DNA from: Alphaproteobacteria bacterium
Lineage (GTDB): Bacteria; Pseudomonadota; Alphaproteobacteria; UBA2966
Direction: 5' to 3'
Assembly (NCBI GenBank): GCA_964291395.2
Contig: OZ219856.1
Span: 352,001-416,000, forward strand
DNA: 64,000 nt
Program-made: the position numbers and the translations under genes
Shown here: piece by piece, positions 19,609-28,599 of the stretch
How the letters are laid out: every line of letters starts with the position of its first letter
How positions within the stretch are numbered: position 1 is the first letter of the stretch
The notes under the pieces: model-generated
What the model was told of the DNA's origin: nothing
What the model saw: the letters and a program-made list of their open reading frames with translations, nothing else
Database searches by the model: none

Positions 19609-20370
19609 GTGGCCGAGACCGAAACCGGGACAACCGCCTGCGCCGTCATTATCGGCAACGAGATTCTTTCGGGTCGCGTGCAGGACCGGAACCTCGCCTA
19701 TATCGCCGAGCGGTTGAACGACTTCGGAGTCCGGTTGCGCGAGGCCCGGGTCGTCCCGGATGATCCGGACGCCATCATCGCCGCCATCAACGAATGCCGG
19801 CGGAAATTCGATTACGTGCTCACGACCGGCGGCATCGGGCCGACGCATGACGACATCACGGCCGAGTGCGTGGCTAGGGCGTTCGATGTCCCGCTCGAGG
19901 TCAACGAAGAGGCAGCGGAGGCCATGCAGGCCCGTGCCGGCGGCAAGGCCGACGAGGCGCGTCTCCGCATGGCGCGCGTCCCCGTGGGCGGCAAGCTGAT
20001 CAAGAATGCCGTCTCCGCAGCCCCCGGCTTCCAGATGGAGAACGTCTTCGTCATGGCGGGCGTGCCTTCGGTGGCCCACGCCATGGTCGATGCGCTGGGA
20101 CCGCGGATCGCTGGCGGCGCGCCCGTGCACTCGCGGGGGATCGTGGCGCATTTGTCCGAGGGGGTCGTCGCGGCGCCGCTCGCCGGCATCCAGAAGCGGT
20201 TTCCGGACACCGATATCGGCAGCTACCCGTTCTACCGCTCGGGCCGCTTCGGCACCACGCTGGTGGTTCGCTCGACCGACGCCGGCCGCATCGATGCTGC
20301 CGTCGATGAGATCAAGGCGATGATCCGCCGTCTGGGTGCTGAGCCCGAAGAGGAGCTGGAGGCGGTCTGA
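19609..20370 (+). CDS. CinA-like/molybdopterin-binding domain protein
   Basis: IIGNEILSG, TGGIGPTHDDIT, AGVP, IGSYP. Confidence 0.92.
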   Translation: MAETETGTTACAVIIGNEILSGRVQDRNLAYIAERLNDFGVRLREARVVPDDPDAIIAAINECRRKFDYVLTTGGIGPTHDDITAECVARAFDVPLEVNEEAAEAMQARAGGKADEARLRMARVPVGGKLIKNAVSAAPGFQMENVFVMAGVPSVAHAMVDALGPRIAGGAPVHSRGIVAHLSEGVVAAPLAGIQKRFPDTDIGSYPFYRSGRFGTTLVVRSTDAGRIDAAVDEIKAMIRRLGAEPEEELEAV

Positions 20371-20915
20371 TGGGCAGTGCGGCCATCACGTTGCGCCGCG
20401 CCAGTCCCGCCGATGCCTCGGCGATCGCCCACGTTTACGTCAGCTCCTGGCGCACGACCTACAAGGGCCTCATTCCGAGACAGGTGCTCGCGGCCCTCGA
20501 CGAGCTCAAGCAGACGGGCTATTGGTGGAACGCGCTCTGCGAGTCGAGGCGGGGCTGCGGCGCCGTCGTGGCCGAGGGCGGATCCCGTGTCATAGGCTTC
20601 TCCGCCTTCGGGCCGGCGCGGGAGGAAGGGTTTTCACGGCGCGGCGAGATTTACACGCTCTACCTGCTTGATGCCTACCAGCGGTGCGGCCTCGGCCGGC
20701 GCCTGCTGTCGGCGAGCGCCGACGACATGGTCCAGGCGGGCTTCACGTCGATGTGTGTCTGGGTGCTGGCCCGCAACCCGGCGCGCGAATTCTATGAGCA
20801 CCTGGGCGGGGTAGAGCTGTCGTCGCGCGATATCGGCCTCGGCGGCCGGCAGCTCGAAGAGATCTGTTACCTCTGGCCGGACCTTCGCCGTCTTGAGGCG
20901 CTGGAGGAGCATTGA
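20370..20915 (+). CDS. GNAT family N-acetyltransferase
   Basis: WRTTYKG, QRCGLGRRL, FYEHLGG. Confidence 0.9.
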   Translation: MGSAAITLRRASPADASAIAHVYVSSWRTTYKGLIPRQVLAALDELKQTGYWWNALCESRRGCGAVVAEGGSRVIGFSAFGPAREEGFSRRGEIYTLYLLDAYQRCGLGRRLLSASADDMVQAGFTSMCVWVLARNPAREFYEHLGGVELSSRDIGLGGRQLEEICYLWPDLRRLEALEEH

Positions 20916-21024
20916 GCGGTTTCTCCCAGCCATCGTTGCCCTGGAGACATTTCTCGATTGCTCTGAGCCGTTCCGGAGCGGAGATTCCGCGCCGGCAAGT
21001 AGAAGACGCAGATCGGGACCGGTT

Positions 21025-21110
21025 GCGGGCGTGGCGGAATGGTAGACGCAACGGACTTAAAATCCGTAGGGCGCAAGCCCGTGCTGGTTCGAGTCCAGCC
21101 GCCCGCACCA
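21025..21110 (+). tRNA. trnL: tRNA-Leu (anticodon TAA)
   Basis: GCGGGCG/CGCCCGC acceptor stem, ACGGA-CTTAAAA-TCCGT anticodon arm, long variable arm, GGTTCGAGTCC, CCA end. Confidence 0.97.
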
Positions 21111-21115
21111 ATTTT

Positions 21116-21258
21116 ATGGGAATTATATACCAAAGTTGCCAGACTCCGGCTAACCGCCCGTCTCCCCTAGCGTTTCTCACCTTTTGATATATCGTATCAA
21201 AATTGACTCCCGCGGAGCTATGCCCTGAGGGCTGACAACTTTGGTATATAATTCCCAT
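21116..21258. mobile_element. 143-bp MITE-like element with 27-bp terminal inverted repeats
   Basis: ATGGGAATTATATACCAAAGTTGCCAG (21116-21142) vs rc of 21232-21258, one mismatch; AT-rich. Confidence 0.65.
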
Positions 21259-21321
21259 TTATTATCGTTAGAACAGTCGTTATTATCGTTAGGACAGTCG
21301 TTATTATCGTTAGGACGGTCG
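21259..21321. repeat. 3 x 21-bp tandem repeat
   Basis: TTATTATCGTTAG(A/G)AC(A/G)GTCG at 21259, 21280 and 21301. Confidence 0.92.
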
Positions 21322-21383
21322 CCACGGACACGGAGCTTCCAATGTCGTCCGGCCAGCGAGCGAGCCCAGAAGCGAGTTGCTGA

Positions 21384-22487
21384 ATGGCTGAGACAAGCCA
21401 AGGCGTCGTCAGGTTCGACCGTGTTCAGAAGAGTTACGACGGCGTCACGCTGGTCGTGAAGAATCTCAACCTTTCCATAGCCAACGGCGAGTTCCTGACC
21501 ATGTTGGGGCCGTCGGGCTCAGGCAAGACGACCTGCCTGTTGATGCTTGCCGGGTTCGAGACAGCGACGCACGGCCAGATCTATCTGGATGAACAACCAA
21601 TCAACAACGTTCCGCCGCACAAGCGCGGCATCGGCATGGTGTTCCAGAACTACGCACTGTTCCCTCACATGACCGTTGCGGAGAACCTCGCATTTCCGCT
21701 CAAGGTTCGCAGAATAGGTGCCGCGGAGGTACAGGAGCGTGTGCAGCGCGCGCTCGACATGGTGCAGCTTTCCGACTTCGGCGGGCGCCGCCCGGCGCAG
21801 CTTTCGGGGGGGCAGCAGCAACGGGTCGCGGTTGCCCGCGCGCTGGTGTTCGGCCCCAAGCTCGTCCTGATGGACGAGCCTCTGGGCGCGCTCGACAAGC
21901 AACTACGCGAAGAAATGCAGTACGAGATCAAGCATATTCACGAGAATCTCGGCATCACGGTCGTCTATGTGACGCACGACCAGTCCGAAGCGTTGACCAT
22001 GTCCAACCGCATCGCGGTCTTCAACGACGGGATCATTCAGCAGCTTGCATCGCCGTCGGACCTCTACGAGCGTCCGGAGAATTCCTTCGTCGCGCAATTC
22101 ATCGGCGAGAACAACAAGCTGACCGGCATGGTCGTCGAGGCCACCGACGGCTCGTGCACGGTCGCGCTAGATTCCGGCGAGCGAGTCAAGGCGTTGCCGG
22201 TCAATATCGACGGCTCCAACATCCCGACCATGTTGTCGCTGCGGCCGGAGAGGGTGGTGCTCAACCCGGGCGACGGCGAATGCGACACTACGGTGTCGGG
22301 CCGGATCGAGGAACTCATATACCTGGGCGACCACATCCGCACGCGCATGTCGGTCTGCGGTCGAGACGATTTCATCGTCAAGGTACCCAACGCGGCGCGG
22401 CGATGGGAGTTGCGGCCCGGCGTTTCGGTCTCGCTGGGATGGAAGAAGGAGGATTGCCGTGCCCTGGACCTGCCGGAAGCGGCCTAG
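21384..22487 (+). CDS. Polyamine-type ABC transporter ATP-binding protein (PotA-like)
   Basis: GPSGSGKT, LSGGQQQR, DEPLGALD, TOBE-like C-terminus. Confidence 0.95.
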   Translation: MAETSQGVVRFDRVQKSYDGVTLVVKNLNLSIANGEFLTMLGPSGSGKTTCLLMLAGFETATHGQIYLDEQPINNVPPHKRGIGMVFQNYALFPHMTVAENLAFPLKVRRIGAAEVQERVQRALDMVQLSDFGGRRPAQLSGGQQQRVAVARALVFGPKLVLMDEPLGALDKQLREEMQYEIKHIHENLGITVVYVTHDQSEALTMSNRIAVFNDGIIQQLASPSDLYERPENSFVAQFIGENNKLTGMVVEATDGSCTVALDSGERVKALPVNIDGSNIPTMLSLRPERVVLNPGDGECDTTVSGRIEELIYLGDHIRTRMSVCGRDDFIVKVPNAARRWELRPGVSVSLGWKKEDCRALDLPEAA

Positions 22488-22535
22488 GCGTGGTGCCGTA
22501 GTCGTGTGTGGAATTCAATCAAGAGGGAGGACGTC

Positions 22536-23732
22536 ATGAGATTGACTAGCAGTTTGGCCGTCGCCGTGATCGGCGCGGCCTCCTTCGCCGCCGCGGGATC
22601 GGCGGCGGCGGAGACGGAACTGGTGGTGGTGTCCTGGGGCGGCGCCTATTCCGCCAGTCAGCAGAACGCCTATCACGAGCCCTATATGGAAGCGAACCCG
22701 GACATCAAGATCATCAACGACGACTCGGCGCCGGAAGCCGTCGCCAAGCTGCGAGCGATGAACGAGGTCGGCAAGGTGACCTGGGATCTGGTGGACGCGG
22801 TCGCCTCGGACGCGATGCGGCTTTGCGACGAAGGTCTGGCAATTCCGATCGACGCGGACAAGGATCTGGCGCCGGCACCGGACGGCATGTCGGCCTCAGA
22901 GGATTTCGGTGACCTGCTTGTCTCCGAGTGTTTCATCCCGCAGATTGTCTATTCGACCACCTTCGGCTATCGCACTGACAAGGTGAAGACCGCGCCGACC
23001 AGCGTCTGCGACGTCTTCGACCTGGAGAAGTTCCCGGGCAAGCGCTCGCTCGAGAAGAAGCCGATCAACAACTTCGAATGGGCGCTGCTCTGCGATGGTG
23101 TGGCGCCGGACGAGATTTACGAAGTGATGGGCGCTCCGGGCGGTGTCGAGCGGGCCTTGAAGAAGCTCGACTCCATCAAGGATCAGGTTATCTGGTGGAC
23201 CAAGGGGGCTCAGACGCCGCAGCTTCTGGCCGACGGCGAGGTCGTGATGGGCTCGACCTACAACGGCCGCCTGTTCTCGCTGATCGAGGAGGAGAAGCAG
23301 CCCGTCGCCATGCTGTGGGACTGGCAGGTCTTCGACTTGGACGGCTGGATCATCCCGAAGGGCACGCAGAACCTGGAGGCGGTGAAGAAGTTCGTGCGCT
23401 TCGCGACCGACACGCAGCGTCTTGCCGACCAGGCCAAGTTCATCTCCTACGGTCCTGCGCGGAAATCGTCGGCGCCGCTGGTGAGCATGCATGCCACACT
23501 CGGAATCGACATGAAGCCGCACATGCCGACCGACCCGAACAACTCCAAGACCACGCTGCTCTTCAACTACGAATTCTGGGCTGACAACCAGGACGACTTC
23601 ACGGAGCGGTTCGAGGCGTGGCTGCCGACCGACCCGAACAACTCCAAGACCACGCTGCTCTTCAACTACGAATTCTGGGCTGACAACCAGGACGACTTCA
23701 CGGAGCGGTTCGAGGCGTGGCTCGTCAATTAG
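22536..23732 (+). CDS. Polyamine-type ABC solute-binding protein with a duplicated C-terminal 33 aa
   Basis: Signal peptide, VVSWGGAY, YNGR, EFWADN twice. Confidence 0.92.
   Translation: MRLTSSLAVAVIGAASFAAAGSAAAETELVVVSWGGAYSASQQNAYHEPYMEANPDIKIINDDSAPEAVAKLRAMNEVGKVTWDLVDAVASDAMRLCDEGLAIPIDADKDLAPAPDGMSASEDFGDLLVSECFIPQIVYSTTFGYRTDKVKTAPTSVCDVFDLEKFPGKRSLEKKPINNFEWALLCDGVAPDEIYEVMGAPGGVERALKKLDSIKDQVIWWTKGAQTPQLLADGEVVMGSTYNGRLFSLIEEEKQPVAMLWDWQVFDLDGWIIPKGTQNLEAVKKFVRFATDTQRLADQAKFISYGPARKSSAPLVSMHATLGIDMKPHMPTDPNNSKTTLLFNYEFWADNQDDFTERFEAWLPTDPNNSKTTLLFNYEFWADNQDDFTERFEAWLVN
23524..23722 (+). repeat. Perfect 2 x 99-bp in-frame tandem duplication
   Basis: PTDPNNSKTTLLFNYEFWADNQDDFTERFEAWL encoded twice by identical DNA. 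Confidence 0.95.
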
Positions 23733-23741
23733 TGGCGGTCT

Positions 23742-23781
23742 AGCCGGTCCGGGGCGGCCCTTGTGCCGCCCCGGACCGGCT
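23742..23781 (+). terminator. Intra-operonic 17-bp stem-loop after the solute-binding gene
   Basis: AGCCGGTCCGGGGCGGC-ccttgt-GCCGCCCCGGACCGGCT; no U-tract, so possibly an mRNA stabiliser. Confidence 0.7.
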
Positions 23782-23806
23782 GGGACACTTATTTCTGGGC
23801 GGGCCC

Positions 23807-25069
23807 ATGGCGGATGCGCACGCACAAGAGATCTTTACCGCAGACGGGACACCGCTCCGGGTAAGCCTGGCGCGCGCGCTGCGGCGGCAGAAGCTGCGGG
23901 CGATGATGCTCGTGGGCCCACTCTTTCTGTTCATCCTTGTCACGTTCTTCATCCCGATCGGCGACATGCTGTTCCGGTCCGTGGAGAATTCCATCGTCGT
24001 TGACATTCTGCCGCGCAGCACGCAGCTGCTGGCTGGCTGGGACGAGTCGAAGGACGAACTGCCCTCCGAAGAGATCTATGCCGCCATGGTCGAGGACATC
24101 CGGGAGGGCCGCGCGAACCGCACGATCACGCGGGTCGGGCAGCGCCTGAACTACGAGGCGCCCGGCATGTCGAGCCTGTTCCGCTCGTCCGCGCGCAAGG
24201 TCAAACGCATCGAGGAAGGACCGTACAAGCCGGCCCTCATCAAGGCGCACCGGAAATGGGGTGAGGTCGACACCTGGAAGCTGATCAAGCAATTCGCGCC
24301 GACATATACCGTCGGCTACTTCCTCGCCGCGGTCGATGCGAAGCAGCAACCCGGCGGCGGCATCGTACGGGTCGGCGAGGAAAAGCGGATCTATGTCGAC
24401 CTGTTTTGGCGCACCCTGAGACTGAGCCTCATCATCACGGTGATGACGCTCCTGCTCGGCTTCCCGATCGCCTACCTGATGGCGATATTACCGACGCGCA
24501 CCTCGAACCTGTTGCTGATTTTCGTGCTGTTGCCCTTCTGGACCTCACTGCTGGTGCGCACCACAGCCTGGATTGCGCTCCTGCAGCAGCAGGGAGTGAT
24601 CAACGAGTTCCTGGTCCTGGTCGGGCTGGTCGACACGGAGAGCCGGCTGCAGATGATTCACAATGCCCTCGGCAGCATCATCGCCATGACGCATATCCTG
24701 TTGCCCTTCATGGTGCTGCCGCTGTTCAGCGTGATGAAGACTATACCGAAGAGCTATGTGCGGGCCGCGATATCGCTGGGCGCCCATCCTTGGCTGGCGT
24801 TCTGGAGGGTCTATTTCCCGAATACGGTGCCCGGGATCGGGGCGGGCGCGATCCTCGTCTTCATCCTGGCGATCGGATACTACATCACGCCCGAGTTGGT
24901 CGGCGGCACGGAGGGGACTTTCATCTCCAACCGCATCGCCCACCACATCTCCTCCTCGCTGAACTGGGGGTTGGCGGCGGCGCTCGGCGTCATCCTGTTG
25001 GGCCTGGTGACCGCGCTCTACCTGCTGTACGACAAGATCGTCGGCATCGACAACATGAAGCTCGGCTAG
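23807..25069 (+). CDS. ABC transporter permease (PotB-like, long form)
   Basis: LLPFWTSLLVR, AAISLGA EAA loop, GYYITP. Confidence 0.94.
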   Translation: MADAHAQEIFTADGTPLRVSLARALRRQKLRAMMLVGPLFLFILVTFFIPIGDMLFRSVENSIVVDILPRSTQLLAGWDESKDELPSEEIYAAMVEDIREGRANRTITRVGQRLNYEAPGMSSLFRSSARKVKRIEEGPYKPALIKAHRKWGEVDTWKLIKQFAPTYTVGYFLAAVDAKQQPGGGIVRVGEEKRIYVDLFWRTLRLSLIITVMTLLLGFPIAYLMAILPTRTSNLLLIFVLLPFWTSLLVRTTAWIALLQQQGVINEFLVLVGLVDTESRLQMIHNALGSIIAMTHILLPFMVLPLFSVMKTIPKSYVRAAISLGAHPWLAFWRVYFPNTVPGIGAGAILVFILAIGYYITPELVGGTEGTFISNRIAHHISSSLNWGLAAALGVILLGLVTALYLLYDKIVGIDNMKLG

Positions 25070-25073
25070 GACC

Positions 25074-25928
25074 GTGGGCGGACTGCCGCCATATCTCTCG
25101 ATGCCGGAACGGCTGTGGCATTACGGCTTTCGGCTGATATGCGGGCTGATCTTCTTCTTCCTCATTTTTCCACTGGTGGTCGTCATCCCGCTTTCGTTCA
25201 ACGCGGTGCCCTTCTTCACCTTTACGAAGGAGATGCTGGCTCTCGACCCGGCGGGCTACTCGCTGAAGTGGTACGAGGATTTCTTTACTAACCTCAATTG
25301 GCAGGGCGCGGTGCGCAACAGCGTGATCATCGCCTTCTTCGCGACGCTGCTGTCGACCACGCTGGGCACGCTCGCGGCGCTTGGCCTGTCGCGGCCGAAC
25401 ATGCCGGCCAAGACCCTGGTGATGAGCATCTTGATCTCGCCCATGATCGTCCCATTGATCATCTCGGCGGCGGGCATGTTCTTCTTCTATTCCCGCGTCG
25501 GGTTGCAGGGAACCCACATCGGCGTGATATTGGCGCATGCGGCGCTCGGCACCCCGTTCGTGGTGATCACCGTGACCGCGACCCTGGTGGGCTTCGACAA
25601 TAGCTTGATCCGTGCAGCCGCCAGCCTGGGCGCATCGCCCGCAACGACCTTCTTCAAGGTTATCGTGCCGCTGATTTTGCCTGGCGTCATCTCCGGCGCC
25701 CTTTTCGCCTTCATCACCTCGTTCGACGAGGTCGTCGTCGTGCTCTTCGTGGGGAGCTTCAAGCAGAGGACGATCCCGTGGCAGATGTTCTCCGGCATCC
25801 GCGAGCACATCAGTCCGACCATATTGGCGGTTGCGACGATCCTGGTCCTGGTCTCGATGGCCTTGCTGATCTCGGTGGAGTTGCTGCGCCGTCGCGGCGA
25901 GCGTCTGCGCGGCATACAGCAGACATAG
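25074..25928 (+). CDS. ABC transporter permease (PotC-like)
   Basis: SLKWY, SPMIVP, AAASLGA, TSFDEVV. Confidence 0.94.
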   Translation: MGGLPPYLSMPERLWHYGFRLICGLIFFFLIFPLVVVIPLSFNAVPFFTFTKEMLALDPAGYSLKWYEDFFTNLNWQGAVRNSVIIAFFATLLSTTLGTLAALGLSRPNMPAKTLVMSILISPMIVPLIISAAGMFFFYSRVGLQGTHIGVILAHAALGTPFVVITVTATLVGFDNSLIRAAASLGASPATTFFKVIVPLILPGVISGALFAFITSFDEVVVVLFVGSFKQRTIPWQMFSGIREHISPTILAVATILVLVSMALLISVELLRRRGERLRGIQQT

Positions 25929-25974
25929 GCACTTGCCGGCAATATGGACCGACCCGTCGGTCCGGGAGCGCTAC

Positions 25975-26139
25975 ATGAGCGACATGGTTTGTTTTTTGCT
26001 GGCGTTCGGCACCGCCGCGCTCGGGGGCCTCGCTCTTTATGTCGGTGTCCGCAGCGACAGCGTGTCGGCCAAGGTCGGCGGCAGTTTCATTACCGTTGTG
26101 GGAATCCTGGGCATCGTGGCGTGTTTCGCGACCGGTTGA
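25975..26139 (+). CDS. Small hypothetical membrane protein (2 TM)
   Basis: GGGAG RBS, two hydrophobic stretches. Confidence 0.45.
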   Translation: MSDMVCFLLAFGTAALGGLALYVGVRSDSVSAKVGGSFITVVGILGIVACFATG

Positions 26140-26243
26140 CGACTCGAACGTGAAGGGTCACAGGCCGCCGCCATCCCATTCCTGCGCTTGGCTGATCGTG
26201 GAACGGCTCCCTTGCCCTGCGGCGGTTCGAGCAGCCGATCTAG

Positions 26244-26390
26244 CAGGCTGCTGAAAACCTGGTCGAGAGCTCAACTCGCGAAACAAAAGAATCAACGGAA
26301 GCGCTTTTGCGAAAGAAAGGAATCGGAAACAAGCCCCATACGAAACGAAATTACCAAAATGATTGATCCAAATCGTTTTTCAGCAGCCTG
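26244..26390. mobile_element. 147-bp MITE with IS5/IS1182-type ends
   Basis: CAGGCTGCTGAAAA...TTTTCAGCAGCCTG perfect 14-bp IR, flanked by CTAG/CTAA; AT-rich interior. Confidence 0.78.
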
Positions 26391-26428
26391 CTAAAGGGTG
26401 GGAAAAGCCGGGCACCTCATTTGCGACG

Positions 26429-27631
26429 TCATTTGCGTATGATGTTGTGCTCCGGTCCGTACGGAAAGCCGGTGATGTCCTCTGCGCCGTCCTCGGTCAC
26501 GACCAGGATGTCGTGCTCCCTGTAGCCCCCTGCGCCGGGCTCGCCTTCGGGAATCATGATCATCGGCTCCATGGACACGACCATGTTCGGCTCAAGGACG
26601 GTCGTCACGTCCTCGCGAAGCTCGAGGCCGGCCTCGCGGCCGTAGTAGTGGCTCAGGACGCCGAAGCTGTGGCCGTAGCCGAACGTGCGATTTTGGAGCA
26701 GGCCGTAGCGCTCGTAGATAGCGTTGAGTTTGGCCGCGATGTCACAGCAGCGCACCCCGGGCTTGATGAGATCGATTCCGGCTTCGTGCACCTCGATGTT
26801 GATCTTCCACAGGCGCAGGTGCTCGTCGGAGCACTCCTCGGCGAAGAGGGTGCGTTCGAGCGCCGTGTAGTAGCCCGCCGGCATCGGGAAGCAGTTGAGG
26901 CTCAGGATGTCGCCGCGCTCGATTTTCCGCGAGGTGACGGGGTTGTGAGCGCCGTCGGTGTTGATACCGGACTGGAACCAGGTCCAGGTATCCATCAGCT
27001 CCACGTGAGGGTGACTCTTGCCGATCTCGCGCACCATGGCCTGGGTTGCGTGCAGTGCCACCTCGTACTCCGGTGCTCCGATCTCGATCGCCTCCACGCC
27101 GGCCGCGCCGCCGATGTCAGCTATGCGCGCGCTCTCGCGGATCCAAGCGATTTCTTCGCCGGACTTGACCATGCGCATGCGCATGGTCGGCTTGCCCACG
27201 TCGACTAAATCTGCGGTCGGTAATGCGCCACGAACCTTGCGCAGGTTCTCGAGCGTCATGTGGTCGAACTCGATGCCGACCCGGCAGCCGTCCGGGATCA
27301 GTCTCTTCACCGCCACGAGATAGTTGTCCCGGTGCCAGTCGGTATAGACCAGGTTGTCGCCGAATGTGCGCCTCCACGGCTGGCCCGCGTCGATGTTGGC
27401 CGAGATCGTGGTCTGGCCCTCCAGCGTCACCACCAGGCCGTAGGCGCGCCCAAAGGAGCAGTAAAGGAAGTCGCTGAAGTAATGGATGTTGTGCACCGAG
27501 GTAAACAGGCACGCATCGATCCCCTTTTCGGCCATGTAGGTACGCAAGGCGCCGAGCCGCCGGTTCATCTCGGCTGGGGAGAAGGTCGACTTGACCTTCT
27601 CGCCGTTGTGGATCGTCTTGAGCTGTTCCAT
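26429..27631 (-). CDS. Creatinase (creatine amidinohydrolase, M24 fold)
   Basis: HNGEKVK.TFS, WTWFQSGINTDGAHNP, FGYGHSFGVLSHYYGREAGLELRED, GGYREHDIL. Confidence 0.95.
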   Translation of the reverse strand: MEQLKTIHNGEKVKSTFSPAEMNRRLGALRTYMAEKGIDACLFTSVHNIHYFSDFLYCSFGRAYGLVVTLEGQTTISANIDAGQPWRRTFGDNLVYTDWHRDNYLVAVKRLIPDGCRVGIEFDHMTLENLRKVRGALPTADLVDVGKPTMRMRMVKSGEEIAWIRESARIADIGGAAGVEAIEIGAPEYEVALHATQAMVREIGKSHPHVELMDTWTWFQSGINTDGAHNPVTSRKIERGDILSLNCFPMPAGYYTALERTLFAEECSDEHLRLWKINIEVHEAGIDLIKPGVRCCDIAAKLNAIYERYGLLQNRTFGYGHSFGVLSHYYGREAGLELREDVTTVLEPNMVVSMEPMIMIPEGEPGAGGYREHDILVVTEDGAEDITGFPYGPEHNIIRK

Positions 27632-28033
27632 CGCCGTCATCCTAGTTGTCGGCGATGCCAGTGTCGACGGCAGGGTCTCGCGGGCCTTGGCTCCGACCGG
27701 CTGTCCGCCTCGTCCTGCGGGACCTCCACGATGATCTTCCAGAATTGCCGTGATCCCGCCGCTCCGCCACGCGTTCAATGTCGGGGAGGGCCTCGGCCAT
27801 GTTCTCTGATATCGCAGTCATCGGGTGTTCGCTCCCGTTCAAGAACGATGGGTGTGGATCAGGAATTCGTACACCAATTCATAGTGAGGAATTCATAAAC
27901 CACTTCAGTCCACATATGCAGTTCGTAAATTCAGGTTGTTCATGTCTTGCGGAATTGGTGAAATAGAATTCATGGGAATGCAAAATCCGCAATTTTAATC
28001 GTACGCGGTGTAGCCGAACCACGAGCCGAGCAC

Positions 28034-28576
28034 ATGCCCCGATCCAAGGCCCATGAGTTGCAGGTAGTAGCCGTTCACGGCGACGGAGAGCCCGCCGGCA
28101 GGGTCTCACCACTGTCCTCTCCCTACGACGACCTCAACCAGCAGATCATCCGTCTGCTCCAGGAGGACGGGCGGGCAGCCTATGACGTCATCGGGCAGAA
28201 GCTCGGCGTTTCGGCCGGAACGATCCGCAACCGGGTGACCAGGATGCGTGACGCGGGGATGCTCCGCATCGTGGCCGTGGTCGACCCGGTGGCCGTCGAC
28301 TACGAGTCGGACGCGATGCTCGGCATCAAGACCGCCCCGGGTACCGCCCCGGCCGTGCTGGCGCAACGCCTCGAGCCCCTCCCGGCCGTCGTCTACATCA
28401 TGTGGGTCAGCGGCCGCTTCGACCTGCTGGTCGAGGTCGTGTGCGACGAGGAGAGCGAGCTCACGAACTTCCTCGACGAACACATCTACTCACAGCCCGA
28501 CATCGCGCACGTCGAGGTCATGACTCGGCTCGGCATGTTCAAGAACCAGTTCCTGCTGAAGCACCACGTGCCCTAG
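28034..28576 (+). CDS. Lrp/AsnC family transcriptional regulator
   Basis: LQEDGRAAY..IG..LGVSAGTIRNRV HTH, SGRFDLLVEV. Confidence 0.92.
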   Translation: MPRSKAHELQVVAVHGDGEPAGRVSPLSSPYDDLNQQIIRLLQEDGRAAYDVIGQKLGVSAGTIRNRVTRMRDAGMLRIVAVVDPVAVDYESDAMLGIKTAPGTAPAVLAQRLEPLPAVVYIMWVSGRFDLLVEVVCDEESELTNFLDEHIYSQPDIAHVEVMTRLGMFKNQFLLKHHVP

Positions 28577-28599
28577 TTCGCCCGGAGTTCCACAGGGGG

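Noticed and set aside
17954-19717. 587-aa plus-strand ORF
   Set aside because: Antisense to map and sfsA
21259-21321. Possible CRISPR array
   Set aside because: Units are contiguous with no spacers and no cas genes are present
27642-27842. Short ORF or gene remnant upstream of creatinase
   Set aside because: A weak RBS is present but no family is recognisable in any frame
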